Made by a program: the position numbers and the translations under genes. This document shows positions 1-11,115 of a DNA stretch of 64,000 nt, in pieces (position 1 is the stretch's first letter; the number at the start of each line of letters is the position of its first letter). This DNA comes from Candidatus Thorarchaeota archaeon (GTDB taxonomy: Archaea > Asgardarchaeota > Thorarchaeia > Thorarchaeales > Thorarchaeaceae). The notes under the pieces are model-generated. The model saw nothing but the letters and a program-made list of their open reading frames with translations. It did no database searches and was not told the origin of the DNA. The stretch is from positions 21,778 to 85,777 of the forward strand of contig JAOUFI010000002.1 in NCBI GenBank assembly GCA_029858305.1, written 5' to 3'.

Positions 1-2231
<2,231 letters not shown>

Positions 2232-2329
2232 CGGAATACACCTCGAGAAGCCCGCTAAAGGACTCCGGGGCATGATTCGCAGCGCTCTTGAGCGCATGAA
2301 AAAGGTTTGGGTTGAGGTGCTACGCCAGA

Positions 2330-4063
2330 CTACTGTCTATAGACATTATGTACTTCTTCAATAACTAGCCTTGGAAGATCTTTCACCGTCTTGATTGGAT
2401 AGACTGACGCTCCAGCCTTTGACATTGCCTGATGAATCTTGGAGGCTCTCGACCCGGTTCCTGCTCCTATATGGAACAGGAAGAGTTTGTGACCTCTTAT
2501 TGAGAGAGCTTCCACTGTTCCAACCATCTGCTTCCAATTTGAGATTTCTGCATCCGTTATGAGTAAAACCATAACTGCATTATCCGCCTTCTCGCACAAT
2601 TCAGTAATCTTCCTCACAGGGGCAACAGTACCTCCGCCTTGGTATTCTAATAGAACTCTCTCGATTGATGACCGTTCTTTGGACCAATCTGATGTCTGTA
2701 CTCCATCAGAGAAGTTTATCGCAGCAACTTTACAACCTCGGCGAAAAGCAAAGTCAATTGCAGCAAAGGACGTTATAAGTGCGGTATGATAATCACCAGA
2801 TATTGTACGGGTCTTCATTGCCCAGGTCATTGAACCTGAGGAATCTATAACAACCAACATGTCTGGAGGAGAGTCAGGGGACTCGGAACCTATAGTTTCA
2901 TAACGTTGCCATTTTCTTGTTGAGCGATTTGGAATGAGGATAGGAAAAGCTTGGAGAGACTGTACAATATCAAGCTCTTCCAAGGGATCACCGAGTCTCC
3001 AGACTTCGGACGCAAGAGGAATCGAACCCGTTGCCCTGGATGTTTTTACTTCAAATCGAATCGTCTCATACGCCTTAGCACGATACCAAAATCGAATCCA
3101 AGCATCTCGCTCAGAGCCAACACCAGCTGTTAGGAAGACACCTTGCAAATCTTCAATATCTCCACCGAGATGTTCAACATCTATAGCAAGGCGCTCCATC
3201 TCCTCCTCGCTGTTGGGATTTTTAGCATTATCAAGGCACTTTCTTGCTAAATCGCCATTTCTTGCCTCAATAGGATTTCCCATTATGATATTTACATCGA
3301 GAGGTACTGCAACTACTTTCTGGGAACCATCTAGACCTTCTTGTTGAACCTGGATTGAATTTTCTGAAGCAGTACAAAGTAAGTCATCGTCATTTGGTAG
3401 CCACTTAGATAATATTTGAGCAATCTTTTCACAAGAAAATGGCCAGCGGTGTTCTTGTCCTATTGTCCCACGTGCAATACGAACTATCTCATTTGAAATA
3501 TCGAATGTATTCTGGTCAATATCAACAACAGGCGGTATTGGAAACCCCCACATTACTCTATAGCTTGTCACTATCAATTTCCATAAATCGCTATGATTCT
3601 GTATCCTTATTGCAGAGTCATAAAGAGAACAGTTGATTCGACTATGAGTTAGAGAAGGAAATCTTCTCAATAGATTTGAGTCTACAACAAGATCCGCAAA
3701 GAAATTACACACAAACATTGCATTTGCATCATTGACGTGCTTTCTCGCTGCCGAGTACATTCTCCCATTCATAACGCCATCATATGGACACAAGAGATAA
3801 TGCTGGATTTCATGGTGACATATGGATGTGAGATATTGAAGAATCTCTTCGTAGCTGAGATAGAGAGGAACTCCAGAAACATTGAGATGAACAGTCCAAG
3901 TGTCTGAGTCGATGTAGAAGTAACTAGATACATCCGGGATATTCTCTATTTCAGGTTCTGGAAGTGGAGGATGATAAAAATCTCTGATAGCTTGTGACCA
4001 GGCTTGATATGCTACCATGTGAAGTGTATCTTCATCATGAGCCTCACTTCGAATAACATCCAT
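2330..4063 (-). CDS. Two-domain protein: N-terminal HExxH (putative metallopeptidase, DUF2201-like) and C-terminal von Willebrand A domain
   Basis: HExxH is seen in SICHHEIQHYLLCPYDG. A MIDAS-like DxSxS is seen in MLVVIDSSGSMTW, followed by alternating hydrophobic strands (VMVLLITDAE). The gene starts 12 nt downstream of the stop of the MoxR-like gene. Confidence 0.7.
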   Translation of the reverse strand: MDVIRSEAHDEDTLHMVAYQAWSQAIRDFYHPPLPEPEIENIPDVSSYFYIDSDTWTVHLNVSGVPLYLSYEEILQYLTSICHHEIQHYLLCPYDGVMNGRMYSAARKHVNDANAMFVCNFFADLVVDSNLLRRFPSLTHSRINCSLYDSAIRIQNHSDLWKLIVTSYRVMWGFPIPPVVDIDQNTFDISNEIVRIARGTIGQEHRWPFSCEKIAQILSKWLPNDDDLLCTASENSIQVQQEGLDGSQKVVAVPLDVNIIMGNPIEARNGDLARKCLDNAKNPNSEEEMERLAIDVEHLGGDIEDLQGVFLTAGVGSERDAWIRFWYRAKAYETIRFEVKTSRATGSIPLASEVWRLGDPLEELDIVQSLQAFPILIPNRSTRKWQRYETIGSESPDSPPDMLVVIDSSGSMTWAMKTRTISGDYHTALITSFAAIDFAFRRGCKVAAINFSDGVQTSDWSKERSSIERVLLEYQGGGTVAPVRKITELCEKADNAVMVLLITDAEISNWKQMVGTVEALSIRGHKLFLFHIGAGTGSRASKIHQAMSKAGASVYPIKTVKDLPRLVIEEVHNVYRQ

Positions 4064-4075
4064 TCTTGCCGCTTC

Positions 4076-5797
4076 CTAGGACTTTACGTGACCCTCAATT
4101 TCATCCTTTAACTTCACTGCTTCACTTCCGCCGGATATCTCTAGAAATACAGATGATTCAGGGGAGTCACCCGTGACGTAGATAACAAGAGTCAATCCAT
4201 CTACTCTGAGAACCTTTCTTTTGGGCGGAGTCAGTGTTTCTTTTAGTACCGGTGTGAGTTTAGGATACCTGACACCAATAGTTGTCCAAACATCTTGCCA
4301 TTGTTCAAAAGTTAGTTCAAATTGAGTCAACGTCAATTTATGAAGAGCTTCAGAAACTTGTTTTAACAACATACTCCGATTTGGAAAATCCGTATTGTAA
4401 AGAAGCTCTTCATGAATCTTCGCAAGCTGATCAACATCTCGACCCTTTATTCCTTGCTCGATACTTTGAACAGTAGTTACATATCTGGACTTCTTGAGCT
4501 CTTTTGCCAACTCAGTATAGTCAAGCTGAACAAGTAAATCACTCTTTGCCATTTCTTTTAGTTGTTCAAGAGAGTCCTTCGATTCATTTCCATGTTTTAA
4601 TTGTTCTATGATATCAATGGCGGCAGACCTTTGAGCATATCGAGCAGAAGCTAGTTCTACAAGATGCTGTGTGAATGCATAAGCATCACCAAAATAGGGA
4701 GCACGTTCAAACTCATCACGCACAAACCTAGTCCTATGCCAGAAGATTAGAGGTGCCAGTGATTTGACGATTTCAATGCTCACTTCATGAGATCCTACGA
4801 GCCAAGCTATTGCTTTCGAATATCTATTGAGATCCTTAGCGGCGCGAACACTTAGAGGAATGATTACTTTATTGCATACGCTTTTTGCAGTATTGAAATG
4901 ACATCCAATACATAATCCAGTTTCCACGGTTAGACCTGATGATTGACTCTTATCGACACGAATACATACACCGAAATCGCGAATTAATGATCTCATGTAT
5001 TCGGAAGCTTCAGGGGATACTGGTATCTTATCCGCAAGATTCCAGATTGTTAATAGATTCTCCTCTGTCAGCATTGGGGGAACCTGCCATAGTTCATCGA
5101 ATCCAAACAATCTTTCGTCACGTGAAGCAAGTATCAATTCCAAGTCACTCACAGTTGGCATCGTAATTGGAACAGCTATGCCAAATCTATCAAGGAAGGG
5201 GGGACCAATGTCGAAAGTCCCGGAATCCGCAGGATTGAGCGTAGCAAAGAGACAATACTCTTCGCATCTCTTAATCTCATCATAATACTTGACCTCTCCC
5301 TCAGCTAGAAGTGATAGTAAAATATTCTGAGAGTGAGGGGTTAGTCGATTCACTTCATCAATGATTTTCCAGAATCCTGTTACAAACGAACGCCACACTA
5401 CAATCTCAATACCATCCTTAATGAGGGGGCCTGGCTTTAGTGTTGCCACCATCTTCTCTTCAGTTAGCTGTGGATGGCCTCTTAAAATGCTGTTATCAAT
5501 CTCCTCAAGACTTTTGCCAGTCATCATTCTTCCTAGTATTTTGACGAGAGTTGTCTTTCCTCCTCCGTGTCCGCCAACTAAAAGCATTGCAGACCTTGGC
5601 ACAAGTGCATTAAGAACACAAGAACCAACTATCAAAGGAATCCGAGTTGTCTTTATTGAATCCTTCTTTCTGCTCGATTCCGTGTATTTGATCTCAAGAT
5701 CTGTTGAATGAACATAGAGACCTCTACTCTCAACTGTCGTTATTACGCTCTTAACCAATTCTCGAAGTCTATCTGAAGGTGAATTCATTAGTTGCAC
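4076..5797 (-). CDS. MoxR-like AAA+ ATPase with a long helical C-terminal extension of about 250 aa
   Basis: Walker A is LLVGGHGGGKTTL. Walker B / sensor region is WKIIDEVNRLTPHSQNILLSLLAEGEV. LFATLNPADSG...PPFLDRFGI is typical of the MoxR/Mg-chelatase clade. The track start at 5797 is GTG; an in-frame ATG lies at 5788. Confidence 0.75.
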   Translation of the reverse strand: MQLMNSPSDRLRELVKSVITTVESRGLYVHSTDLEIKYTESSRKKDSIKTTRIPLIVGSCVLNALVPRSAMLLVGGHGGGKTTLVKILGRMMTGKSLEEIDNSILRGHPQLTEEKMVATLKPGPLIKDGIEIVVWRSFVTGFWKIIDEVNRLTPHSQNILLSLLAEGEVKYYDEIKRCEEYCLFATLNPADSGTFDIGPPFLDRFGIAVPITMPTVSDLELILASRDERLFGFDELWQVPPMLTEENLLTIWNLADKIPVSPEASEYMRSLIRDFGVCIRVDKSQSSGLTVETGLCIGCHFNTAKSVCNKVIIPLSVRAAKDLNRYSKAIAWLVGSHEVSIEIVKSLAPLIFWHRTRFVRDEFERAPYFGDAYAFTQHLVELASARYAQRSAAIDIIEQLKHGNESKDSLEQLKEMAKSDLLVQLDYTELAKELKKSRYVTTVQSIEQGIKGRDVDQLAKIHEELLYNTDFPNRSMLLKQVSEALHKLTLTQFELTFEQWQDVWTTIGVRYPKLTPVLKETLTPPKRKVLRVDGLTLVIYVTGDSPESSVFLEISGGSEAVKLKDEIEGHVKS

Positions 5798-5923
5798 TGC
5801 CTACAGTTCAATTGTCTATAACACTTATGAACCTCTCATTGAAGGGCGCGAAATTATGTCATCTCCGAAGATGTAATATGTCTTCAGGAAAGAGTCGTAA
5901 GGGCCAACAAGTGGGGTAGCAAG

Positions 5924-6994
5924 TTGGGCGAAGAGAGAATCTATGCAGAAGCGGTCACCCTGATTGAACCGGAGAAACAACCTACGAACAGGCTGAGTCA
6001 ATATTCAGTGGTGACAAAAGCAATCGAATATCATTCACTGATAAATCGTTTTGATAAAGTAAAGAGAAACTTGACTGATACAGGAATGCAATTTGGTGGT
6101 AGAGTCCTGCTGATAGGCCCAACAGGAACCGATTTTGAGGCATTTACTCATCATCTTTGTCGAGAGGTGCCACTCAAATTAGTTCGGTTCAGAATGGAGA
6201 GAATGCTCTATGAGGTCAAAAGTGGAGCTGATATACTAAGAGTTGGATTTGAGTTTGCGCGGAGAAACTCTCCGACTGCAATGTATATTGAAAAAGTGGA
6301 AACAGTTGCCCCTGCGAAAAGTGATCGCTCTGAGGTTCTCCAAGACGAGCTCAAAAGAACGGGATGGGATAGGGAAGAAGTCTTGGTTGTCGCTGCCACG
6401 ACAAGACCACAGGATATTGATGCAGAACTATTGTCAGCCTTTGATAGGATCTATGTAATCGAGGGCACCTCACTTGAGGATCGTATTCGTATCCTCGAAC
6501 AGGCATTAAAGGGACGTGAGGACATTGATCCAACGGCTGTAGCAGAGCTTACAGATGGGTGGGGATTCTCAAGTCTTAAACATCTAGCAGTAAGTCTCTT
6601 CATGACGGAGAGAAATGAAACAGGACAAATCCCCCGGGATAAAATTGAGGAGTTAATAGCAAATAGTGGTGTAATACCTCTGAACAATCCTCGATACCTT
6701 CAGTCTGTTGTAAAATCAACTGGAGGAACATCACGATTAGAAATAGATAGCCTAGATGCAGAATACCCCGATGACTTTCTTGATCAGCTATATCTCATGG
6801 CTGTGGGAGAAGACTATTCTGCAACTCAGCGAGTCGTTGAAGTTTTGAATGATGGAATGCCGTTATCGAAGGAAGATAGGGAGATATTGGCAAGGTATCC
6901 ATTCCTCCTGAGCGGAACTGCTGAAGATAAACTTACGAGGCTATTAAGGGCAAAGAAGAGTAGTGATAGACTACAGAGAATTATGGGTCGTTAA
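5924..6994 (+). CDS. Classical-clade AAA+ homolog with degenerate Walker A, Walker B and Arg-finger motifs (predicted pseudo-ATPase)
   Basis: VLLIGPTGTDFEAF replaces GPPGTGKT. AMYIEKVETV replaces hhhhDEhD. VVAATTRPQDIDAELLSAFDRIYVIE retains the sensor-1 region but lacks RPGRFD. TTG start. Confidence 0.7.
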   Translation: MGEERIYAEAVTLIEPEKQPTNRLSQYSVVTKAIEYHSLINRFDKVKRNLTDTGMQFGGRVLLIGPTGTDFEAFTHHLCREVPLKLVRFRMERMLYEVKSGADILRVGFEFARRNSPTAMYIEKVETVAPAKSDRSEVLQDELKRTGWDREEVLVVAATTRPQDIDAELLSAFDRIYVIEGTSLEDRIRILEQALKGREDIDPTAVAELTDGWGFSSLKHLAVSLFMTERNETGQIPRDKIEELIANSGVIPLNNPRYLQSVVKSTGGTSRLEIDSLDAEYPDDFLDQLYLMAVGEDYSATQRVVEVLNDGMPLSKEDREILARYPFLLSGTAEDKLTRLLRAKKSSDRLQRIMGR

Positions 6995-7009
6995 CTAGGG
7001 GAACATGAG

Positions 7010-10000
7010 TTGGGTAATATCAGAGCATACATTGAATCAGCAAAATTGGATAATTTCCTGTCATTCTACTCAGGAAGAGTCACCTTCGACAAAGGATTGA
7101 CCGTCTTGGCAGGTCCAAATGGATCAGGTAAAACTTCCATCTTTCATGCTCTGAAATTTGCATTAGGCTCAAACCAACGAGAAAATCGCTACAATAAATG
7201 GAGCGATTTCATCAGACATGGAGCTAGCACTGCAGAAGTCGAAGTGATTGTTAGAATTAACGGTCAAAATAAGAAGTTTCAACGAAAGATAGATAGAGAT
7301 GGCATACCAAGATCATACGTAGATGGTCGACGAGTCAAAGCCGCTGAGCTTAGGCAAATTGTTCAGACATTCGGTCTTGACACTGATAATCCCTTGGTCT
7401 TCATTCCTCAAGAGAGAATTAATGCAGTACGGGATATGGATCCCTATGAGGTGAGAAAGCTTGTTGAAGAGGGAACAGGCCTAGATGTGCTTCGGGATAG
7501 AATAATACTCCAAGAAACTGAGGTTGTTCAGAGTCGTCAACGCCTCGCAGCAGCTCTTACCGAATCAAAATCTGTTGAGAGAGAACTCGAGCTTCTTCAG
7601 CATGATCTTGATCGACTTGAAAAGAAACGATCACTCCAAGAGCAAGAGAAGTTACTAGAACGAGATTTGAAGTGGGCAACTCTAGTTGATCTGATGGAAA
7701 AAATCGATGTCATAAAAACAGAGATTGAAGGAAAAGAAGCTGGGCTTGTATCCATTCTAGAAGAACAAACACAGATACAATCCGAGATTTCTGAGAATGA
7801 ACGAGAAATAGAGAGTCTTGAAACAAGACTGTCAAATCTTCAAATTGAGCTAGGTCGTGTTGATGCCAAAATCGAAGAGGAAGAACGCAATTTAACTCGT
7901 ATCGAGGGAGACTCACAAAAACAAGTAGGCGAGTTAAAGCATCTTGAGAAAGAGGTTAATTCGGATACAAGAAATAAAGAGAAACTGCAGGAAGACATCG
8001 AGCGTATCAGTTCTACAAAAGAGGAAACCATGGAGAAACAACGTGAACTACGAACATCTCTGCAGAATATAGAGGATGAGCGCACTCAGATTAGAGAGGC
8101 ATTAGAGGCATTTGCAGAGTGGAATACGAAGAGAGCTGAAACCCATGGAAGATACAAGGCACTCCAAGCAGAGATGGAAGGAAAAGACCTACTCATGCGA
8201 AGTGTTAGAGAAAGACTACAGGTTGAGGAAGCAGAATTACAATCAATTGAGAGTAAATGGTCACATGTCTGGTCAGTAATGGAGAAATCTGATGAGAAAG
8301 AACTGGTGAAGAAAAAAGGTCAATTAGAGAGGGAGATTGCTACTTTAAATGAAGATAGATTTCGACAGAGTAGTTTGGTTTCACAGCTCCAGAAGGAAAT
8401 AGATGAGTTAAATGTACGACTTTCTGAAACCTCAAAACGGGTACCTGAAACAGTCAGACAGTTGAAAGAAGCCATTAATGAACATAAATTAGGCTCTGTG
8501 ACAGGCCCTCTCATTGAACTATTTAGTGCAGACGATTCTATTGCCTCGGCAATTGAAGCTGTTATTCCGGACAACATGACTCTTGCTTTCATAGTAACTG
8601 ACGAAACAGACTTTCAAATCCTTCAGAAACTCAGGGATAATGTTGAGGCGCCTTCTCCTCTAATTCTATTGAAGGCAAAAGAAAAACAGCTTGAACGTCC
8701 AATTATACAAAGTGTGGCTGGTGTAGAAGGTTGGCTCTGGGACAAATTGAACATCGATGACGAAACCCAAAAGCTTCTTCGGCAAGCAATTGGTGATTTT
8801 GTGTTAACCAAGAGTGCCAAGTCAGCAACACGTCTTGCATCAAAAGAAAATATCAAAGCGGTTTCGATTGATGGGCATGTAATTATTCCTTATGAAGGTA
8901 AGATAGTCAGTAATCCTAAGATAATTCCATCAGGTATGATCTCAACTGCACCTCTCCAGTCACGTCTTTCTAGAGCCATCAAAGATCTCGCTGTGGCTAA
9001 AAAACATGTTACAGATATTATGGTAAATCTTGACAATCTAACGAATCAGAGAGAAGAAGTTCTTGACCTACTAAGTCAGATGACTCGATGGAGCGGCACA
9101 TGGGAAAGACGAGGAAAACTAATTGCAAGTATTCCAGAACAAGAAGAAAGACTCGTCGCTCTCGATGAAGAACTAAAGGTACTGCATGGGGAGTTAGAAA
9201 ACTCAGAGAAGGAGCTTAGAAAACTCGATAACATCCAGCCGCCTGAACGAAGCAGACTTATCGGACAAGACTCTGCGCTTCGTATTAAACACCGCCAACT
9301 TCAAACGGATCTCACTAAAATTGACTCCAGAGCTAATGCAGCTGAGCGAGATGAGGAACTGAAGCGTCGGGAGCTAAAACAACTAATAGAAAATATCACT
9401 ATGCTTACACATAGCCTAAATGAGTTACGAACAGAAATCATGGAGTCAAAGAATGCGGCTTCAGGTATTCTTGAAAAGATCGAAGCGATGAAAATTAGTC
9501 AGGAAGAAATGCAAAACCAAAAGAAAATTCTCCTTGGAGAAATGGGCAATTTAAAAGATGCAAACCGGGAAATGAGCGGGAAGATAGTGGAGTTCAACCT
9601 CATCATCAAGGAAAGGAAACTTCAGGTATTGCAGTCCAAGAGACACCTCACGAACATGGAATATGAGCTGGAGAACATAGAACGAGATGTTGAAGGAATC
9701 ACGCGACCAGAAAAAGTTAGACCCCTCGAACAGGTCAGGAACGAGCTTGTAAAACTTCGATATATCCTTGATGACTACCAGGATGTATCTGAAAGTGTAG
9801 CACATACTGAAACGCAACTCAAGGGGAGATTGGCAACTCTCATCGGGAGTGTAAAAGAACTCCAGGAAGAACTTGATGAGGCGGAGTCTGCAGTTGAGAA
9901 TATTCAGGAACAATATCATAATGGAATGAATGAAACCCTGCGTTATGTCGAAAAGAATGTTAACGAGGTTCTTGGAAGTGTTCAGTTCCCTGGAAGTGTT

Positions 10001-10399
10001 CGTTTTGAACTCGCATTGAGAGAGGGTAATTATGGTGTTGAGTTCAAATCAAGGATAAAAGCAGAGGGATTTGGAGACATAAGCGCAGGTTCTGGTGGGG
10101 AACGCTCTCTCATCGCAATATCATTAATCCTTGCCCTCCAAAGATTCAACCCAGCGCCGGTATATGTCTTAGATGAGGTTGATACATTCCTTGACGCTAC
10201 GAATACTGAGCTAGTAAGCCGTCTCTTTCACGACGCATCACGTAGAAGCCAGTTTGTTCTCCTCACACCAGCAAAGAGCACTCATCTTCTAAAGCACGCT
10301 GACAAAATACTCGGGATCGTTTCGCCAAATGGTGTGGAACCCTCTATAATAATCGAGAGTCCTAAATTCAAAGGAAAAGAGGAGGGACAGAACAATTGA
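7010..10399 (+). CDS. smc: SMC-family chromosome-organisation ATPase (head, coiled coil, hinge, coiled coil, head)
   Basis: N-terminal Walker A is LAGPNGSGKTSIFHALKFALG. There are long heptad-rich E/K/L/Q stretches. A hinge-like segment is GPLIELFSADDSIASAIEAVIPDNMTLAFIV. The C-terminal signature is SGGERSLIAISLILAL with Walker B PVYVLDEVDTFLD. TTG start with GGGGA upstream. Confidence 0.8.
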   Translation: MGNIRAYIESAKLDNFLSFYSGRVTFDKGLTVLAGPNGSGKTSIFHALKFALGSNQRENRYNKWSDFIRHGASTAEVEVIVRINGQNKKFQRKIDRDGIPRSYVDGRRVKAAELRQIVQTFGLDTDNPLVFIPQERINAVRDMDPYEVRKLVEEGTGLDVLRDRIILQETEVVQSRQRLAAALTESKSVERELELLQHDLDRLEKKRSLQEQEKLLERDLKWATLVDLMEKIDVIKTEIEGKEAGLVSILEEQTQIQSEISENEREIESLETRLSNLQIELGRVDAKIEEEERNLTRIEGDSQKQVGELKHLEKEVNSDTRNKEKLQEDIERISSTKEETMEKQRELRTSLQNIEDERTQIREALEAFAEWNTKRAETHGRYKALQAEMEGKDLLMRSVRERLQVEEAELQSIESKWSHVWSVMEKSDEKELVKKKGQLEREIATLNEDRFRQSSLVSQLQKEIDELNVRLSETSKRVPETVRQLKEAINEHKLGSVTGPLIELFSADDSIASAIEAVIPDNMTLAFIVTDETDFQILQKLRDNVEAPSPLILLKAKEKQLERPIIQSVAGVEGWLWDKLNIDDETQKLLRQAIGDFVLTKSAKSATRLASKENIKAVSIDGHVIIPYEGKIVSNPKIIPSGMISTAPLQSRLSRAIKDLAVAKKHVTDIMVNLDNLTNQREEVLDLLSQMTRWSGTWERRGKLIASIPEQEERLVALDEELKVLHGELENSEKELRKLDNIQPPERSRLIGQDSALRIKHRQLQTDLTKIDSRANAAERDEELKRRELKQLIENITMLTHSLNELRTEIMESKNAASGILEKIEAMKISQEEMQNQKKILLGEMGNLKDANREMSGKIVEFNLIIKERKLQVLQSKRHLTNMEYELENIERDVEGITRPEKVRPLEQVRNELVKLRYILDDYQDVSESVAHTETQLKGRLATLIGSVKELQEELDEAESAVENIQEQYHNGMNETLRYVEKNVNEVLGSVQFPGSVRFELALREGNYGVEFKSRIKAEGFGDISAGSGGERSLIAISLILALQRFNPAPVYVLDEVDTFLDATNTELVSRLFHDASRRSQFVLLTPAKSTHLLKHADKILGIVSPNGVEPSIIIESPKFKGKEEGQNN

Positions 10400-11049
10400 A
10401 TGAGAAGAACACTCTTGAGGAGCGTGTTTTTAAAATCGTACAGGCGGCTCGTTCAGGAGAGATAGATCCACTTGAACTTCGACTATCTGAATCGTACAGA
10501 GAGTTGAAGGAGCTCGTAGCCAAGATAGATAATAGGCTTGATATTGACGAGATGCTGAATGAGGTCTTGGGAGTCAAGGTCAGTCGTGTACAAGAATTGG
10601 CACGAGTTATTGCATCACCAGAGGTCTATGTAGCTCTTCTGAAAGAGAAATCAGCCCGGGATCTAGCCAAATTATTGATACAGAGGCAACCTGTCGTCAT
10701 TGGTCATCTCGAGCGTGATTCACTAAACGGTTCACTAGACAGAATCGTTCAGTTAATTGATGCAATGTCCCGCGAACCACCAGATGATCAAGTACCGAAA
10801 ATGACCGGTCTTCCAAATGGATATGCATTCGAAACGGAGGATGCTGTCTTTATCGAGGATCTCGAGAAATTTCTTGAGACGATTCCTCTAGAGGGGAAAG
10901 TCATCTTTGATGCCATCATAGACACTGATGAACTCGATTTGTTTCTAAAGTACTTTCTATATGTCATCATTCTTGTGTCGAGTGGACGTCTACTCTACAA
11001 TCCTGCAACCCGCCAACTATGGAAACCTCTTGTACCTGAAGCCACATAA
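10396..11049 (+). CDS. Kleisin-like protein (ScpA-like), translationally coupled to smc
   Basis: The TTG start overlaps the smc stop (TTGA). The N-terminal EIDPLELRLSESYRELKELV resembles the ScpA N-terminal motif. The C-terminal DLFLKYFLYVIILVSSGRLLY resembles the ScpA C-terminal winged helix. The assignment rests on motif resemblance and position only. Confidence 0.5.
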   Translation: MNEKNTLEERVFKIVQAARSGEIDPLELRLSESYRELKELVAKIDNRLDIDEMLNEVLGVKVSRVQELARVIASPEVYVALLKEKSARDLAKLLIQRQPVVIGHLERDSLNGSLDRIVQLIDAMSREPPDDQVPKMTGLPNGYAFETEDAVFIEDLEKFLETIPLEGKVIFDAIIDTDELDLFLKYFLYVIILVSSGRLLYNPATRQLWKPLVPEAT

Positions 11050-11115
11050 TTGGTAAAGTTCTTTGCATCAGATGAGTGTTCAGTCAAAGAAACAAGCTGA
11101 AGTGCACTTGGAATT

